NCBI GenBank assembly: GCA_951406725.2
Contig: OX597819.1
Location: forward strand, 113,212,001-113,276,000
Direction of reading: 5' to 3'
Source: Octopus vulgaris
Lineage: Eukaryota
DNA length: 64,000 nucleotides
The notes under the pieces: model-generated
Seen by the model: the letters and a program-made list of their open reading frames with translations, nothing else
Told to the model about the DNA's origin: nothing
The model's database searches: none
Program-made: the position numbers and the translations under genes
In this document: in pieces, positions 1-13,426 of the stretch
Position numbering within the stretch: position 1 is the stretch's first letter
Layout: each line of letters opens with the position of its first letter

Positions 1-250
1 GTCGTATGTATGTGCGTATGTGTGTATGTGTGTGTGTTTCAATGTTTGCCACCCCCCACCCCCAATTCTTGACAACTGATGTTGGTGTGTTTACGTTCCT
101 GCAACTTAGTGGTTCGACAAAAATGACGGATAGAATAAGTACTAGGTTTTAAAAAATGAGCTCTGAGGTCGATTTGTTTGACTAAAATCTTTCGAGACGG
201 TATTCCAGAATGGCCGCAATCAAATGACTGAAACAAGTAAAAGAATAAAG
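1..250 (+). mobile_element. SINE family A, 3' half
   Basis: ttgacaactgatgttggtgtgtttacg...atggccgcaatcaaatgactgaaacaagtaaaag, shared with the other family A copies. Confidence 0.8.
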
Positions 251-252
251 GA

Positions 253-258
253 CTATAT

Positions 259-337
<79 letters not shown>

Positions 338-392
338 TGTGTGTATGTATGTATGTATGTATGTATGTATGTATGTATGTATGTATGTATGT
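253..392. repeat. Compound microsatellite (TAGA)n-(TATG)n
   Basis: Directly visible tandem repeats. Confidence 0.95.
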
Positions 393-398
393 TTGTGT

Positions 399-670
399 GG
401 AGGCGCAATGGCCCAGTGATTAGAGCAGCGGACTCGCGGTCGTAGGATCGGGGTTTCGATTCCCAGACCGGGCGTTGCGAGTGTTTATTGAGTGAAAACA
501 CCTAAAGCTCCATGAGGCTCCGACAGGCGGTGGTGGCAAACCCTGCTGTACTCTTTCACCACAACTTTCTCTCACTCCTTCTGTTGTACCTGTATTTCAA
601 AGGGCCAGCCTTGTCACACTCTGTGTCACGCCGAATATCCCCGAGAACTACGTTAAGGGTACACGTTAAG
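399..670 (+). mobile_element. tRNA-Arg-like SINE family C (OR-type)
   Basis: Head ggaggcgcaatggcccagtg..agcggactcgcggtcg..gtttcgattccc has A/B boxes and a TCG anticodon-like loop; several copies in the window. Confidence 0.8.
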
Positions 671-1284
671 GGTATACTTCACATAGTGCTCGGTATTGTG
701 CTCCGTACTCAATACAACTCTTCACACCCGGCACGGCATTCCGAAATCGACACTGCACTCTGCACTTGATATTCCACCTGACTCTACACTTCGCTCTGGA
801 CACCACAAATAACAAAGCTCTCGTCTTTTCTACGGCTTTCATCCAGCTATTAGCACTGACCCAAGTCAAACTCAGTCTTTTGTGATTCAAGAAGTGTTTG
901 GGGATTACGGACATCGACACGGAGTAGTCCCTAGCACCTATCACGATACTGCTTCTTTTAACAGTGAGTAGAATTGTGCAGGCACGAAATAGATAGCATA
1001 CCTGCTCAGAGCTTGATGAACTCGGCCTCCGAGTGTATTAGTAACTCTTAGAGCCAACGATAAAATGAATCCGATCCGATGTAACTAGAATATGAACCGC
1101 TAACGGCTCAGTTTCGCATGTTTTTTCTCCCAACTTAGTCATTTGTATTTTGAACATTGTAAAACTTTAGCTGAACCAGAAACCACCTGTAGTTGTAAAG
1201 CGAACTTTTGAACCAGAGACATATGCCTGCACCCATAAAGAATTGGAGAAAACTACAGAAATTTCTAGAGAATTATAGAGAGAC

Positions 1285-1740
1285 ATATAGGCGCAGAAGT
1301 GGCCATATAGGCGCAGGAGTGGCTATATAGGCGCAAGAGTGGCTGTGTGGTAAGTAGCTTGTTTACCAACCACATGGTTCCGGGTTCAGTCCCACTGCGT
1401 GGCACCTTGGGCAAGTGTCTTCTACTATAGCCCCGGGCCGACCAAAGCCTTGTGAGTGGATTTGGTAGACGGAAACTGAAAGAAGCCTGTCATATATATG
1501 TATATATATGTATGTGCGTGTATGTTTGTGTGTCTGTGTTTGTCCCCCTAGCATTGCTTGACAACCGATGCTGGTGTGTTTATGTCCCCGTCACTTAGCG
1601 GTTCAGCAAAAGAGTCCGATAGAATAAGTACTGGGCTTACAAAGAATAAGTCCCGGGGTCGAGTTGCTCGATTAAAGGCGGTGCACCAGCATGGCCGCAG
1701 TCAAAATGACTGAAACAAGTAAAAAGAGAAAAAAAAGAGA
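1285..1740 (+). mobile_element. SINE family A, full length, with triplicated 5' end
   Basis: tRNA-like head ggcgcaggagtggctgtgtggtaag..ggttcagtccc, central (TA)/(TG) microsatellite, tail cagtcaaaatgactgaaacaagtaaaa; candidate TSD agagacat. Confidence 0.9.
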
Positions 1741-2342
1741 GAAAGAGACATCGTAAGACAATTGAAATAACTATGGCGAGACATAGAGACAAAGCAGATA
1801 TTTGAGATGGAGAAAAGCTTAAATTTGGATTCCTTAAAATGGTCTGAAGGAATTAGCTGAGGGTAGTTTCTTTCATTGTCATAGAACCAAGAAAAGATTT
1901 CACGATCGAATCTCAGCCGTAACACCAAACTTAGAGTCGCAACAATGTTATACGATGCTTGCTAGCATGAGATTGAAAACAATTTCATGCTTTCTTTGAA
2001 GGATAGGCTAGGAAATGTTTAGAAACAGCGTGTGTAAGACAATATCTAGGACTATGTGTAGAGGTTTGTGTGTAACGATGACTCATCTTGATATAGAGGA
2101 AGTGAAAGAGTAAACATGGAAGAATATACATATTCATACTGTGCTCTAGCATGGCCTTGGCCGTAATGCACCAAACTTAAAAACACGTACACAGACACAC
2201 GCTTACACATTAAACCAACTTCTTATCAAGTACACACCTAGCTTATACTTTTGTACACGCACACACACTCGCACACTTCCTCATATATGAAAATTCAAGC
2301 ACACATACTGAAGCTTACATAACTACTATACCAGGCTCACAA

Positions 2343-2479
2343 ATATATACACATACATACATACATACATACATACATACATACATACATACATACATAC
2401 ATACACACATACATATACATATATATATATATATATACATACATACATACATAAATACACACATACATACATACATGCA

Positions 2480-2555
<76 letters not shown>

Positions 2556-2566
2556 TACACATACAC
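2343..2566. repeat. (CATA)n/(TA)n microsatellite
   Basis: Directly visible. Confidence 0.95.
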
Positions 2567-2567
2567 A

Positions 2568-2818
2568 TGGAGGCACAATGGCCCAGTGGTTAGGGTAGCG
2601 GACTCGCGGTTATAGGACCGCGGTTTCGATTCCCAGACCGGGCGTTGTAAGTGTTTAGTGAGCTCTACGAGGCTGTACTCTTTCGTCACAACTTTCTCTC
2701 GGTCTTTCTTCTGTTGGCCTGCTCGCGTCATTTGAAGGCTAAAACAATGCGAAGCGCATTGTGACCAGCAATGTGTAGCAGCATCTGATAGCCTGGTCCG
2801 TCACGGTGATCACGGTGA
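2568..2818 (+). mobile_element. SINE family C with an alternative tail
   Basis: Same tRNA-Arg-like head as the copy at 399, but a different 3' tail. Confidence 0.75.
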
Positions 2819-2927
2819 TATATATATATACACACACACACACATACACACGCATACGCACAAATACATGTACAGACATATTTATATGTGTGCGTATATA
2901 TATGTATATTTATCATGTGTGTGTGTG

Positions 2928-3472
2928 TTCAAATGCCGCCGAGGTCGACTTTGCCTTTTATACTTTCGGGGTCGATAAATTAAGTACCAGTTACGCCCTG
3001 GGGTCGATGTAATCGACTTAATCCCTTTGTCTGTCCGTGTTTGTCCCCTCTATGTTTAGCCCCTTGTGGGCAATAAAGAAATAAGCAACGTTAGCACGCC
3101 GAGCGAAATGATTAGCGGCATTTCGTTCGCTTTTAAGTTCTGAGTTCAAATTCCACTGAGGTACCAGTTGCGTACTGAGGTCAATCTAATCGACTGGCTC
3201 CCTCCCCCCAAAATTTCGGGCTACTTACCTTGTGCCTAGAGTAGAAAAGAGTAATAATCCTTTCTATGAAGGCACAAGACCTGGAACTTGTGGGGAGGGG
3301 ACTAGTCGATTACATCGAACCCAGTGCTTCAATGGTACTTAATTTATCGACCCCGAAATAAATGAAAGACAAAGTCGCCTACGGCAGAATTTGAGCTCAG
3401 AACTTAAAAACGGACGAATGCCGCTAAGCATTTTGCCCAGCGTGCTAACGATTCTGCCAGCTCACCGCTTTC
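2928..3472. mobile_element. SINE family B-B' tandem (+, 2928-3252) abutting an inverted B' copy (-, 3255-3472)
   Basis: Core gtcgactttgccttttatactttcggggtcgataaattaagtaccag (Meta-domain-like) on both strands. Confidence 0.8.
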
Positions 3473-4268
3473 GTAAGGAATATTAATTTCTCGATATTAA
3501 TTTCTTGAGTCCGGAGTATTCACAGGGAAAGATTACTCGATTTCCATGACGTATAAGTGGCCGAGATCACCACGAAGGGATGCCAGGCAGTAGCAGGGTT
3601 ACTCAAATATAGTGAACTGAAACATCAAGAGATAAAGTATTTTGTTCAAAAACTCAACGCACCACTCCGTCTGAGAATCGAAACAATAATCTTGCGACCA
3701 TGACAGCAACACCCTAAACCATTAGGTCAATCGCCGCCTGTTGTGAATAAAGTATTCTCTGAACTGAATTCAGTTTTCACAAAGAAGTGTTTGTCCCATG
3801 GTAACCCAACATTGTTTAAGATGTCCTGAAAGTGAACGAAACTCGAGTTCTATATGAAAGTATCCTTCTCCTAACAGCTGGGATAAGAAGAGCTAGGCAC
3901 CCATCTCTTCCAAAATGGTCATGCAGCGTGTTCTTTCACCACCTCGAGCATTTCTATACCTCAGTGTATTACTGCTATTTTGGTTGAGTTGACAAGTCTT
4001 CTTGAATGGATCTTGTCTTTTTACACCGCTGGATTTCTTGCAGCTCTCTTCAAGGATGCGTAGCAGATGCGCCGCCGTCAACCCGGTCATATCACAACTA
4101 TTACTGGGTTACAGTTCAACAATACCAGTGGTAGCAAGTAGCCCATACATTCGCAGTTTATATATATATGTGTATATATGGGATAACACACGGACAAAAA
4201 CATATATGAACTTGATCTAACGTATCTGTTACACTAGGCGTAAAAACAAAAATATTCATATGTATTTA

Positions 4269-4474
4269 CTCTTTTACTTGTTTCAGTGATTTGACTGCGG
4301 CCATGCTGGAGCACCGCTTTTAGTCGAGCAATCGACCCCAGGACTTTGTAAGCCTCGTACTTATTCTATCGGTCACTTTTGCCGAACCGTTAAGTTACGG
4401 GGACGTAAACACACCAGCATCGGCTGTCAAGCGATGCTGGGGGACAAACACAGACACACAAACACAGAAACATA

Positions 4475-4514
<40 letters not shown>

Positions 4515-4700
4515 TACACACACACACATATATATATATATGTACTTATATACGACGGTCTCCTGTCAGTTTCCGTCTACCAAATCCACTCACAAGGCTT
4601 TGGTCGGCTCGAGGCTATAGTAGAAGATACTTGCCAAAGGTGCTACGCAGTGGGACTGAACCCGGAACCATGTAGTTAGTAAGCAAGCTACTTACCACAC
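4269..4700 (-). mobile_element. SINE family A
   Basis: Reverse complement of the family A consensus, with an internal (CA)n. Confidence 0.9.
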
Positions 4701-5734
4701 AAGCTACTTACCAGCACTACCTTTAGTCGAACAAATATATGTATGTTTGATTATGATCACCGCAGTAAACGAGAAAGGAAAAGATCAAAACCAAAACAGA
4801 GTCGACGTACCTATTCGTTTAGATCACAAGTGAACTAAACCCCTCATACGCTTTACACACTCACATATACATAAGCCGAACCTCGCCTAATTACCCACCT
4901 CACATACACACTATTACATACATACATACATAATTTAAACAAACAGGAAATATAATGCTATCAGGATATTTATATTGATCTAACGGAGGAAGAGACTGAG
5001 ATTCTAAACCTTCCTAATCCACCCACAATAGTGACTTACTATCCTCAAGCGAACAAAGCAGCTTCTATGTAGTCTCCTGACCTGTTAGGAACCGCAGCCA
5101 AATTCTCTCAAATATCATCCTACTGTATTAAAATTGATCAATATAGTAACTAACACAGGTCATGTAATTTTTATAATATACCAGAGAAGAGATAGGATGG
5201 TCACGTCTAGAACGCTGGAAGAAAACATAGTGAAGAGTCAAACACAAGAACTTTTTGACTATGACGTCACTGCAGTAAACGAGAAAGGAAATAAAAGTGC
5301 AGGAAACTAGCAGTTACCAAATTCGCACTGAATTCACTTGGCCCCCTCCCTCCATTGTGGTCATCACGAGAACCTGTACTCATAAAGTGCAGTGACCGTG
5401 GGAGTTTCTGTGTGCGTGTGTGTGGCGGAGGCGGGATATTCATTCGCTAGAAGCACCAGTCAAAAAATCTAAATCAAAGTATGCTTTACCGTCTTTAAAA
5501 TTGTGAAGAATACACTGGGTTTCTGGATACACTATGAAAGACAAGGACTAACTTGTAATAACTTACGGTTACTAAATTCGCACTAAATTCCCTCTCCCCA
5601 CCTCCATTGTGGTCATCACGAGAACCTATACTCATAAAATACAGTTACTGTGGGAGTTTCTGTGTGTGTGGCGGAGGGTGGGGGCATATTTCATCCGCTA
5701 GAAACACTAATTGTCATAACTTGGGTATAACTCT

Positions 5735-6046
5735 TTACTCTCTTTTACTCTTTTACTTGTTTCGGTCATTTGACAGTGGCCATGCTGGAGCACCGCCTTT
5801 AGTCGAGCAAATCGACCCCAGGACTTATTCTCTGGAAGCATAGTACTTATTCTGTCGGTCTCTTTTGCCGAACCGCTAAGTTATGGGGACGTAAGTTATG
5901 GTTTCCGTCTACCAAATCCCTTCACAAGAATCTGGTCGGCCCAAGGCTATAGTAGAAGACACTTGCCCAAGGTGCCACGCAGTGGGAATGAACCCGGAAC
6001 CATGTGGTTGGTAAGCAAGCTACTTACCACACAGCCACACCTGCGC
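5735..6046 (-). mobile_element. SINE family A lacking the central microsatellite segment
   Basis: ggggacgtaagttatg is joined directly to gtttccgtctaccaaatcc. Confidence 0.85.
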
Positions 6047-6059
6047 TACTTCTACGTAT

Positions 6060-6278
6060 CTGTACGTAGTTGCTCGATTAACTAAAAATAGTAGCTAAAT
6101 ATTCTTCAAATCACGTCAAGTCGTCTTAAATAAGGAAAGGACGCACTGGATAATGTCCGTCCTATTTATTCATAAAAAGACGGGATGGTCACAGCTGGAA
6201 TATCTTTCATCATGTCTGTGTTCAATCAGAGAAGACCTGGGGTCGAGCCATAACAATAACGACCACAACAACAGCAAT
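6060..6278 (+). mobile_element. Old degenerate SINE-like family F with (CAA)n tail
   Basis: Motif ggatggtcacagctggaat...atcagagaagacctggggtc..acaacaac. Related decayed copies lie near 5050-5220, 16530-16700, 25030-25270, 26280-26460, 45960-46120, 46950-47140, 50450-50640 and 62300-62480. Confidence 0.55.
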
Positions 6279-6559
6279 CATTGCATTCCAAAATACGAAG
6301 TTTTATTCTGAACTCTTAACATTAGTATGACATATTTCAGACAAAGAATCTTCGGTTAAAACCTATTCGAGTACCTACGCACCACAGGTCTGATGGATCA
6401 GGATTATCCTGAAGATACAAAAACAACAACAATGACGATAACGACAACTCGCTTTTCTCAAAAACTCGCTTTTCTCATTTTAAACGTTAGGGCGTTCTGT
6501 TCAAAACACTTTGGAAACTATCAGTGGCAGCTCGTAGATAAAATTAGTGGGGGTGTTGT

Positions 6560-6862
6560 TGTTGTTATTTGTTCCTTCTCGAGCCACGCCTGATTCATAA
6601 GGGCCGGTTTCCTTGTCGTATAGGTTCCCCACCTGGACGGGACGCCGGTCCGTCGCAGGTGAGCTGCAAGATGCAGGAGGAAAGAGTGAGAGAAAGTTGT
6701 GGCGAAAGAGTCAGTAGAAGTTCGCTATTACCTTCTGCCGGAGCCGCGTGGAGCTTAGGTGTTTCACTCATAAACACACACATCGCCCGGTCTGAGATTC
6801 GAACCTACGATCCCTCGACCGCGAGTCCGCTGCTCTAACCACTAGGTCATGTGCCTTCACAA
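6560..6862 (-). mobile_element. SINE family C, full length
   Basis: tRNA-Arg-like head, cctgcgacggaccggcgtcccgtccagg segment and (CAA)n-like tail. Confidence 0.85.
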
Positions 6863-7662
6863 TGGGGGTATTACTTCAGAAAAATTTTAGCCGTTGTTTT
6901 AATAGTGTGTAAAAGGAAACGAAAATATGAAAAGAATATATATACATAAATTTGAACGCGTTTTAGCCACTGCCAGGTAGTGTGTCTAATTTGTTCAATG
7001 AACATCGCCGCGAATTCCCCCTTGTTTTTCAAAAATTCTCCCTAAATCACAAAATAAGAGAGGCGGAATCTACGCTATTTTTCAAATCCTGACATCAATA
7101 CTGAAGCTGGAAGCAGGATAATAATCTAATTCTACACTTTATCACATTCAAGAAAATAAACACGTTTTTAAGCACAACACACGCGGGGTCAAAAAGAAAC
7201 ACTACCTTTCACCGGCACTGCGTGAACGACAATGCTCTCTCTCCCTAGCGTGAAGCTTCCTATCTTGGACGCATGAGGACGCGCACAACCGCCAAACACC
7301 GCGTCGCTGGAACTGTGAAACGCACAGTTCTATACAAGGATTTTCGTATTTTTTTCATAAATTAGGGGATGGCTACAGACATTAAGGTTAAGGATTATAT
7401 AATGTACAAGTATAAAGTAAAGGAAGAATTAAAGAAAAAAGGGCTCATTATATTGGATGTTATCGATAATATCGAGTGGAAATAGGGTGTGTTGCAGTTC
7501 CGCAGTGCCTATACACGAGCCACCACTGCAAACTATATCCCAAGTGTCTGAACTGGTAGAGATTGTGCCTATCCGATCCCTATGATATCATTCTGAGAAT
7601 AACTGATTGCTTGTGCATAAAATGACCCCTTAGCTTTAGGGGTTGTAGTAATCACTAAATGG

Positions 7663-7663
7663 A

Positions 7664-7728
<65 letters not shown>

Positions 7729-7753
7729 CAGGCAGGCAGACAGACAGACAGAC

Positions 7754-7823
<70 letters not shown>

Positions 7824-7849
7824 GCAGGCAGACAGACTGAAATAGATAG

Positions 7850-7923
<74 letters not shown>
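7663..7923. repeat. (GATA)n/(GACA)n/(GA)n compound microsatellite
   Basis: Directly visible. Confidence 0.95.
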
Positions 7924-7927
<4 letters not shown>

Positions 7928-8499
7928 AACGTTTTACTTTAGATTGATAGACTGACACCAACAGACAAACAGAATTATTTTACTTTACAAAACGTTCACT
8001 TATCATTTATATTATTTTTAACTTCTATTTTCTTTTACTGCATTTTACATTATTTCTCCATTTCTTAAACAGGAATGTTCTGAAAGACAGCTATGGCTGT
8101 GAACATTGCTTTTCTTATTGTCTAACTTCAAATACATCCGTTTTCCATGTCGTACGTCAATTGTTACAGTTTTTTGTGAGCAACTGTTTGGCCTACATGT
8201 TTTTCTCATTGTTGCCTGTCAATTGGCATTCTCCTTACTGATGTGTTTGTATGTATGCTCGTATATATATATTTGCATGTATCCGTATACATATGTGTGT
8301 GTGTTTGCATATATAGTTGCATATACGTTTGTATACACGTTTTGTAAATGTTTGTATATACGGTTCAATATTTTTTGCATGTTTTTGGACTCGTTTGTAG
8401 ACATTCAAATAATTTTTTTGCAGTCTATGTCCCAACTTTTCTCTCTCCCGCTCCCCCTCTATCTTTCTCTCTCTCTTTCGCTTTCTCTTTCTCCTCACC

Positions 8500-8571
<72 letters not shown>

Positions 8572-8970
8572 CGTGTGTGTGTATGTGTAGGTTTAATGCA
8601 ACAAAGAGGAGGCTATAGAACTCGTTACATCAGATCATATTTCAGCTGGAAATTTACACAAGTGATTCAAGAGGCGAGAGTTTTGTGCGCTGCACTTATC
8701 AGAAATACTTTTGGTAAGTGTCAGGGTGTGCATTAAAACCACCGGCATGGAAGAACTTCTAACTTTTGTCACAACATCTTTTCTAGTAGAGGAACACACT
8801 GATGTAAAACCTGCGGTATCACGCGATTGATTACTGGTCATCTCACTTCTGCCTATCACTGGGTACAAAACATGGAGACTCAAATAGTGATACTGGAGTT
8901 GTACAAGCGTTTACCACTAATCCAGTGACGCACAGATGTCTTTTTATAGGGACCTTATTCGTCATGTGAA

Positions 8971-9300
8971 GGTGCATGGCTCAGTTGTTAGAGCGTCGAG
9001 CTTACGGTCGTGAGGTTGTGAGCTCGAATCCCGGACCGGACTGCGTGTTGTGTTCTTGAGCAAGACACTTTATTTCAAGTTGCTCCAGTTCACTCAGCTG
9101 TAGAAATGAGTTGCGACGTCATAGGTGCCAAGCTGTATCGGCCCCTTTTGCCTTTCCCTTGGATAACACTGGTGGCGTGGAAAGGGGGAGGCCTGTATGC
9201 ATGGGCGACTGCTGGCCTTCCATAAACAACCTTGCCCGGACTTGTGCGTGGGAGGTTAACTTTCTAGATGCAATCTCATGGTCTGCGTCGTGACCGAAGC
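8971..9300 (+). mobile_element. tRNA-derived SINE family D (CORE-like central domain)
   Basis: Head ggtgcatggctcagttgttagagc; CORE-like gtgttcttgagcaagacactttatttc...cagctgtagaaatgag. Confidence 0.75.
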
Positions 9301-9743
9301 GGATCTCAGATTCGTCATTTCACTGCCTACCACCTCCCCACCACCAAAAACACCACCTCAACCGACACTATCATTACAGCCAATGTATTAGCATCATCAC
9401 AACTAACACCAGCACCATCACAACCAACTATTGGTCGTTTTCAGCACGATATCCTACACCGCTAGTGGCAAGAAGTTTGTTTCCCAACCACTTTGTTGCA
9501 GGTTCAGTCCCATTGCGCAGCACCTTGCGCAAGTGTCTTCTACTATCGAGGGCCCAGGAACAGGGGGCACAGGTGGTGCGCTTGCCTCCCTAAAATTTTT
9601 AGTGGGTGCAAAATCAAAATTTGCACCCCTACATACTTTACCAGGTTTAGAAAATAGTATCTAAAAGTTGATCTGTAAAAAGCTGCTTGAAATTAGGTTT
9701 CTTCTCAAAACAAAGGACAAAATAATTTTTTTTTTAAATCCAA

Positions 9744-10155
9744 AATATATTTCTTTACTGCCCACATAGAGGGCACAAACAAGGACAGACAAAGTGATTA
9801 AGTCGATTACATCGACCCCAGTGTCAAACAGGTACTTTATTTATCGACCTCGAAAGGACGAAAGGTAAAGTGGACCTCGACGGAATTTGAACTCAGAACG
9901 TAACGTTAGACGAAATACCTATTTCTTTACTACCCACAAGGGGCTAAACACAGAGAGGACAAACAAGGACAGACAAACGGATTAAGTCGATTATATCGAC
10001 CCCAGTGTCAAACTAGTACTTTACTTTTCGATCCCGAAAGGATGAAAGGCAAAGTCGACCTCGGCGGAATTTGAACTCAGAACGTAGCGTCAGACGAAAT
10101 ACTGCTAAGCATTTCGTCCGGCGTGCTAACGTTTCTGCCAGCTCGCCACCTTCCC
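9744..10155 (-). mobile_element. SINE family B head-to-tail dimer
   Basis: Two units joined at aaagaaatag|gtatttcgtc (minus strand); flanking direct repeat ccaaaatat at 9740 and 10156. Confidence 0.85.
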
Positions 10156-10899
10156 CCAAAATATTTACTGATGAAGCGGTTCATAAAATTCCCAAGAGAA
10201 TTCTCTAGAAAGATTTATTACTGAACTGAAGCATCGCCAACATCAAAATTAAAAGTATATACGTATGCATATAATTCTATCTGCCTCTCTACCTATCAGC
10301 TGCCTTTCTCTCTTTACTACCTTCATTTTCTTCCTCTGTCCATCTCTGTCAACTACCTGCTGTCTATCTTTATCCCCTTTTCTCTCCACATTCCCTCTTT
10401 CTTTGTACTTGCTCTTTCCCAACCTTCTCTAATCCACTCTGTCTCTCTTTATTCACTTTTTGATACCAAAAGACCATCCAATTTTTTATCACTCATCTTT
10501 TTTCTATTTGACCAGAGCATAGGTAGGACATGTATTTTGTTTCATCTCCTGCCTAGCATTCACTTCAGACCCCAGTTTATCTTTCACTTTTCATTCTTTT
10601 CTTTCCTTCTATCTTTCTTCCCTTCTATCTCATCTTTCTATCCTTTACCTGAGCCCTTTTATCATACCTTTGAAACCCAAGCACCACTATTTTCTTTCTT
10701 TTTTCTTAGTTGTTGTCATATAGTGTCCCACATTTTGAAATACTTGCATTTTGTATTTTTACTGTTTATGTTTGCTTCGCCTGATATATTTCAGAAATTA
10801 AACATTTTAATATACAAAATATACTTCACATTATTACATATACTATATGTTAATGCAAAAAAAAATGTGTTTATTGAGTATCTTCAAAATGATCACACA

Positions 10900-11270
10900 A
10901 TCAATGGATGTTGGTGTGTTAACGTCCCCGTAACTTAGAAAGAATAAGTCCTAGGGTTGATTTGTTCGACTAAAAGCAGTGCTCCAGCATGGCCGCAGTC
11001 AAATGACCGAAACAAGTAAAAGAAAAAAAGAAGAGAAATTAATATGTATATATTTATGTGTGTGTGTGTGTATTTGTGTTGACAACCGATGTTGGTGTGT
11101 TAACGTCTCCATTACTTAGCGGTTCGGCAAAAGAGACCAATAGAATAAGTCCTGAGGTTGATTTCTTCGACTTTAAGGCGGGGCTCTTTAAGGCGGTGCC
11201 ATTTAAAGTGATGCTCCAGCATGGCCGCAGTCAAATGACTGAAACTAGTAAAAGCATAAAAGAATAAAAG
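10900..11270 (+). mobile_element. Two 3' fragments of SINE family A
   Basis: The family A tail motif occurs twice. Confidence 0.75.
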
Positions 11271-11892
11271 AACGCGTAATAAAACGAAACCCTGCCACCA
11301 ACAGAGAAATTTCTGCCATATTCTCCACTACCACACTTCATTGTAACCAACACCACTAATACCACCTCCATCACATCATTAACACAGAACACTACGGCTA
11401 TTATCACCATCACTAGCTCAACCACCCAGATTATGGCCACCGCTACCACCACCACTTTCGCTATCACCAGCAAGATCACCACAACCAGCCAGTATCTGTG
11501 CTACTCACACCAACCCCTCTTAATTTTAACGATATATATTTGACTACGGCGTCCTGTAAGTTGGTTGGTTGGTTTGTTGGTGATTGATGTAGGAAATGAT
11601 GGGACATTTGAACTGACTAGAGACAAAGAGAGAGAGAGAGGAGGGGAAGAGGAGAAGCCAGACAAAGGGTGAGAAGGGCGAGGGATACTGAGACTGAGAG
11701 ACAGAGATAAGCAGGACGGCGAGTTGGTGAACTGGTGACCGGACGGTTGGATGAAACTGTTGACTGATGACTTCAACGTATGTAAACATACGAGAGAAGG
11801 GAAATGAAGAGAAGACCGAAGGTGAGACAGAGCTAGGGTGACTTAGAGGGGTGTGGTGTGTACAGGGGAAAACTGGCAGACTAGACGGGTAG

Positions 11893-11926
<34 letters not shown>

Positions 11927-12265
11927 CGAGTAAGAGAAGGGGAGAGAGTAAATATATAAATACGTACAGACCTATATAAAACGAAGACATTTATATGATG
12001 CTTCTCTCGCGTGGTCGCAGTTTCATGACTGAATCTAAGAAAAGACTGTAAGAATAACGTATATACTTCTTTTACTGAGTGTGTGTGGTGAGAGTTTGTT
12101 AGAGAGAGAAAGAGAACGAGGGTGGGGTTGTTGTCTTTTGATTGATAAATCTTTACTCTTATACTTTGTTTCCGTCAGTGGAATGGGACAGGACACCGCC
12201 TTGATTAAAATAGGAAGAAGCAAAATGGAAACGATAATGAAATAAATTTTATATACTTTTTTACC

Positions 12266-12653
12266 TTTTTACTTGTTTCAGTCATTTGACTGCGGCCATG
12301 CTGGAGTACCGCCTTCAGTCGAGCAAATCGACCCCGGGACTTATTCTTTGTAAGCCCAGTACTTATTCTATCGGTCTCTTTGGCCGAACCGCAAAGTGAC
12401 GGGGACATAAACGCACCAGCATCGGTTGTCAAGCAATGCTAGGGAGACAAACACACACACACAAACACACACACGCATATATATATACATATATATATAT
12501 ACATTTCCGTCTACCAAATCCACTCACAAGGCATTGGTCTGCCCGAGGCTATAGTAGAAGACACTTGCCCAAGGTGCCACGCAGTGGGACTGAACCCGGA
12601 ACCATATGTGGTTGGTAAAGAAGCTTCTTACCACACAGCCACTCCTGCGCCTA
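12266..12653 (-). mobile_element. SINE family A
   Basis: Matches the family A consensus from head to tail. Confidence 0.9.
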
Positions 12654-12904
12654 TGTCAATACAGAATAAATGTCAGCCCCAACATCGCATGGAACATTAA
12701 ACTGAAGGAAATAATATGAAAAATTGAAAATGAAAAGCATTTGGTCATATTTGATCCGTGCCATCCAATTCCATAATGAGAAGAATTCTACGCAATATTA
12801 ACCAAAATAGGTAGAGAATGAAAACTAATAAAAAGGAGATTTTCCTCTTTATACATGATCAGTATGTGACCATGTATTTTGCATTCCTAATTATCATAGT
12901 CACG

Positions 12905-13230
12905 TGCAGTCCTCTATCTCAGAGGCGCCAAAACACTTAATCACGGACAAAAACACTTAATCATGGACTGGACCGCAAAGAAATAAATTTTAAAATTCTA
13001 TTTCTATTTTATTGACCATCACAGTCTGCTGGGTGGTTTTGCATTATATGCGTATTACATGTGTAACATATATGTATTTTATGTGCAATTTATATGTATA
13101 ATTCAAGTAATAATTAAATTATAAATTATGTTCTTGTATGTTTTGTTATGCGCGTGATCCCCCGGTCTGGGAAAAGAATAGTCTTGCATGAAACGAGTCC
13201 CTAGTTCAAAAGAGATTAAGGACCGCAGCC
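12905..13230. mobile_element. Decayed hAT-Charlie-like MITE
   Basis: The end cccggtctgggaaaagaatagtcttgcatgaaacgagtccctagttcaaaagagattaaggaccgcag resembles Charlie/MER1-type termini. Confidence 0.4.
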
Positions 13231-13426
13231 TAAGCGCAGAGTTAGTCCAAGGGAGATAATCATTTCTTCGTAATATTTGGCGGGATTAGCAGTTTATATC
13301 TTAAATATATTCTGCGGCTATGAATTTCAGTGTGTGAAGGAATATATTTTATTCTGCAGCTACACCATCTGAAATCCACACTATCTGAAATCAAGTGTTC
13401 TGTTAAATACTATTGCGCATGTTCCC

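Noticed and set aside
399-475. tRNA-Arg gene
   Set aside because: The tRNA-like head runs into a SINE body, lacks a proper acceptor stem and occurs in multiple diverged copies.
960-2160. Possible very old RTE LINE remnant flanking the SINE at 1285
   Set aside because: Only faint motifs (EPETY.., RQLK*LW); too decayed to support.
3893-4220. Short ORFs in unique-looking sequence
   Set aside because: No recognisable domain or convincing exon boundaries.
8590-8715. Possible exon bounded by tag and gtaagt
   Set aside because: No recognisable coding content; splice-like motifs alone are not sufficient.
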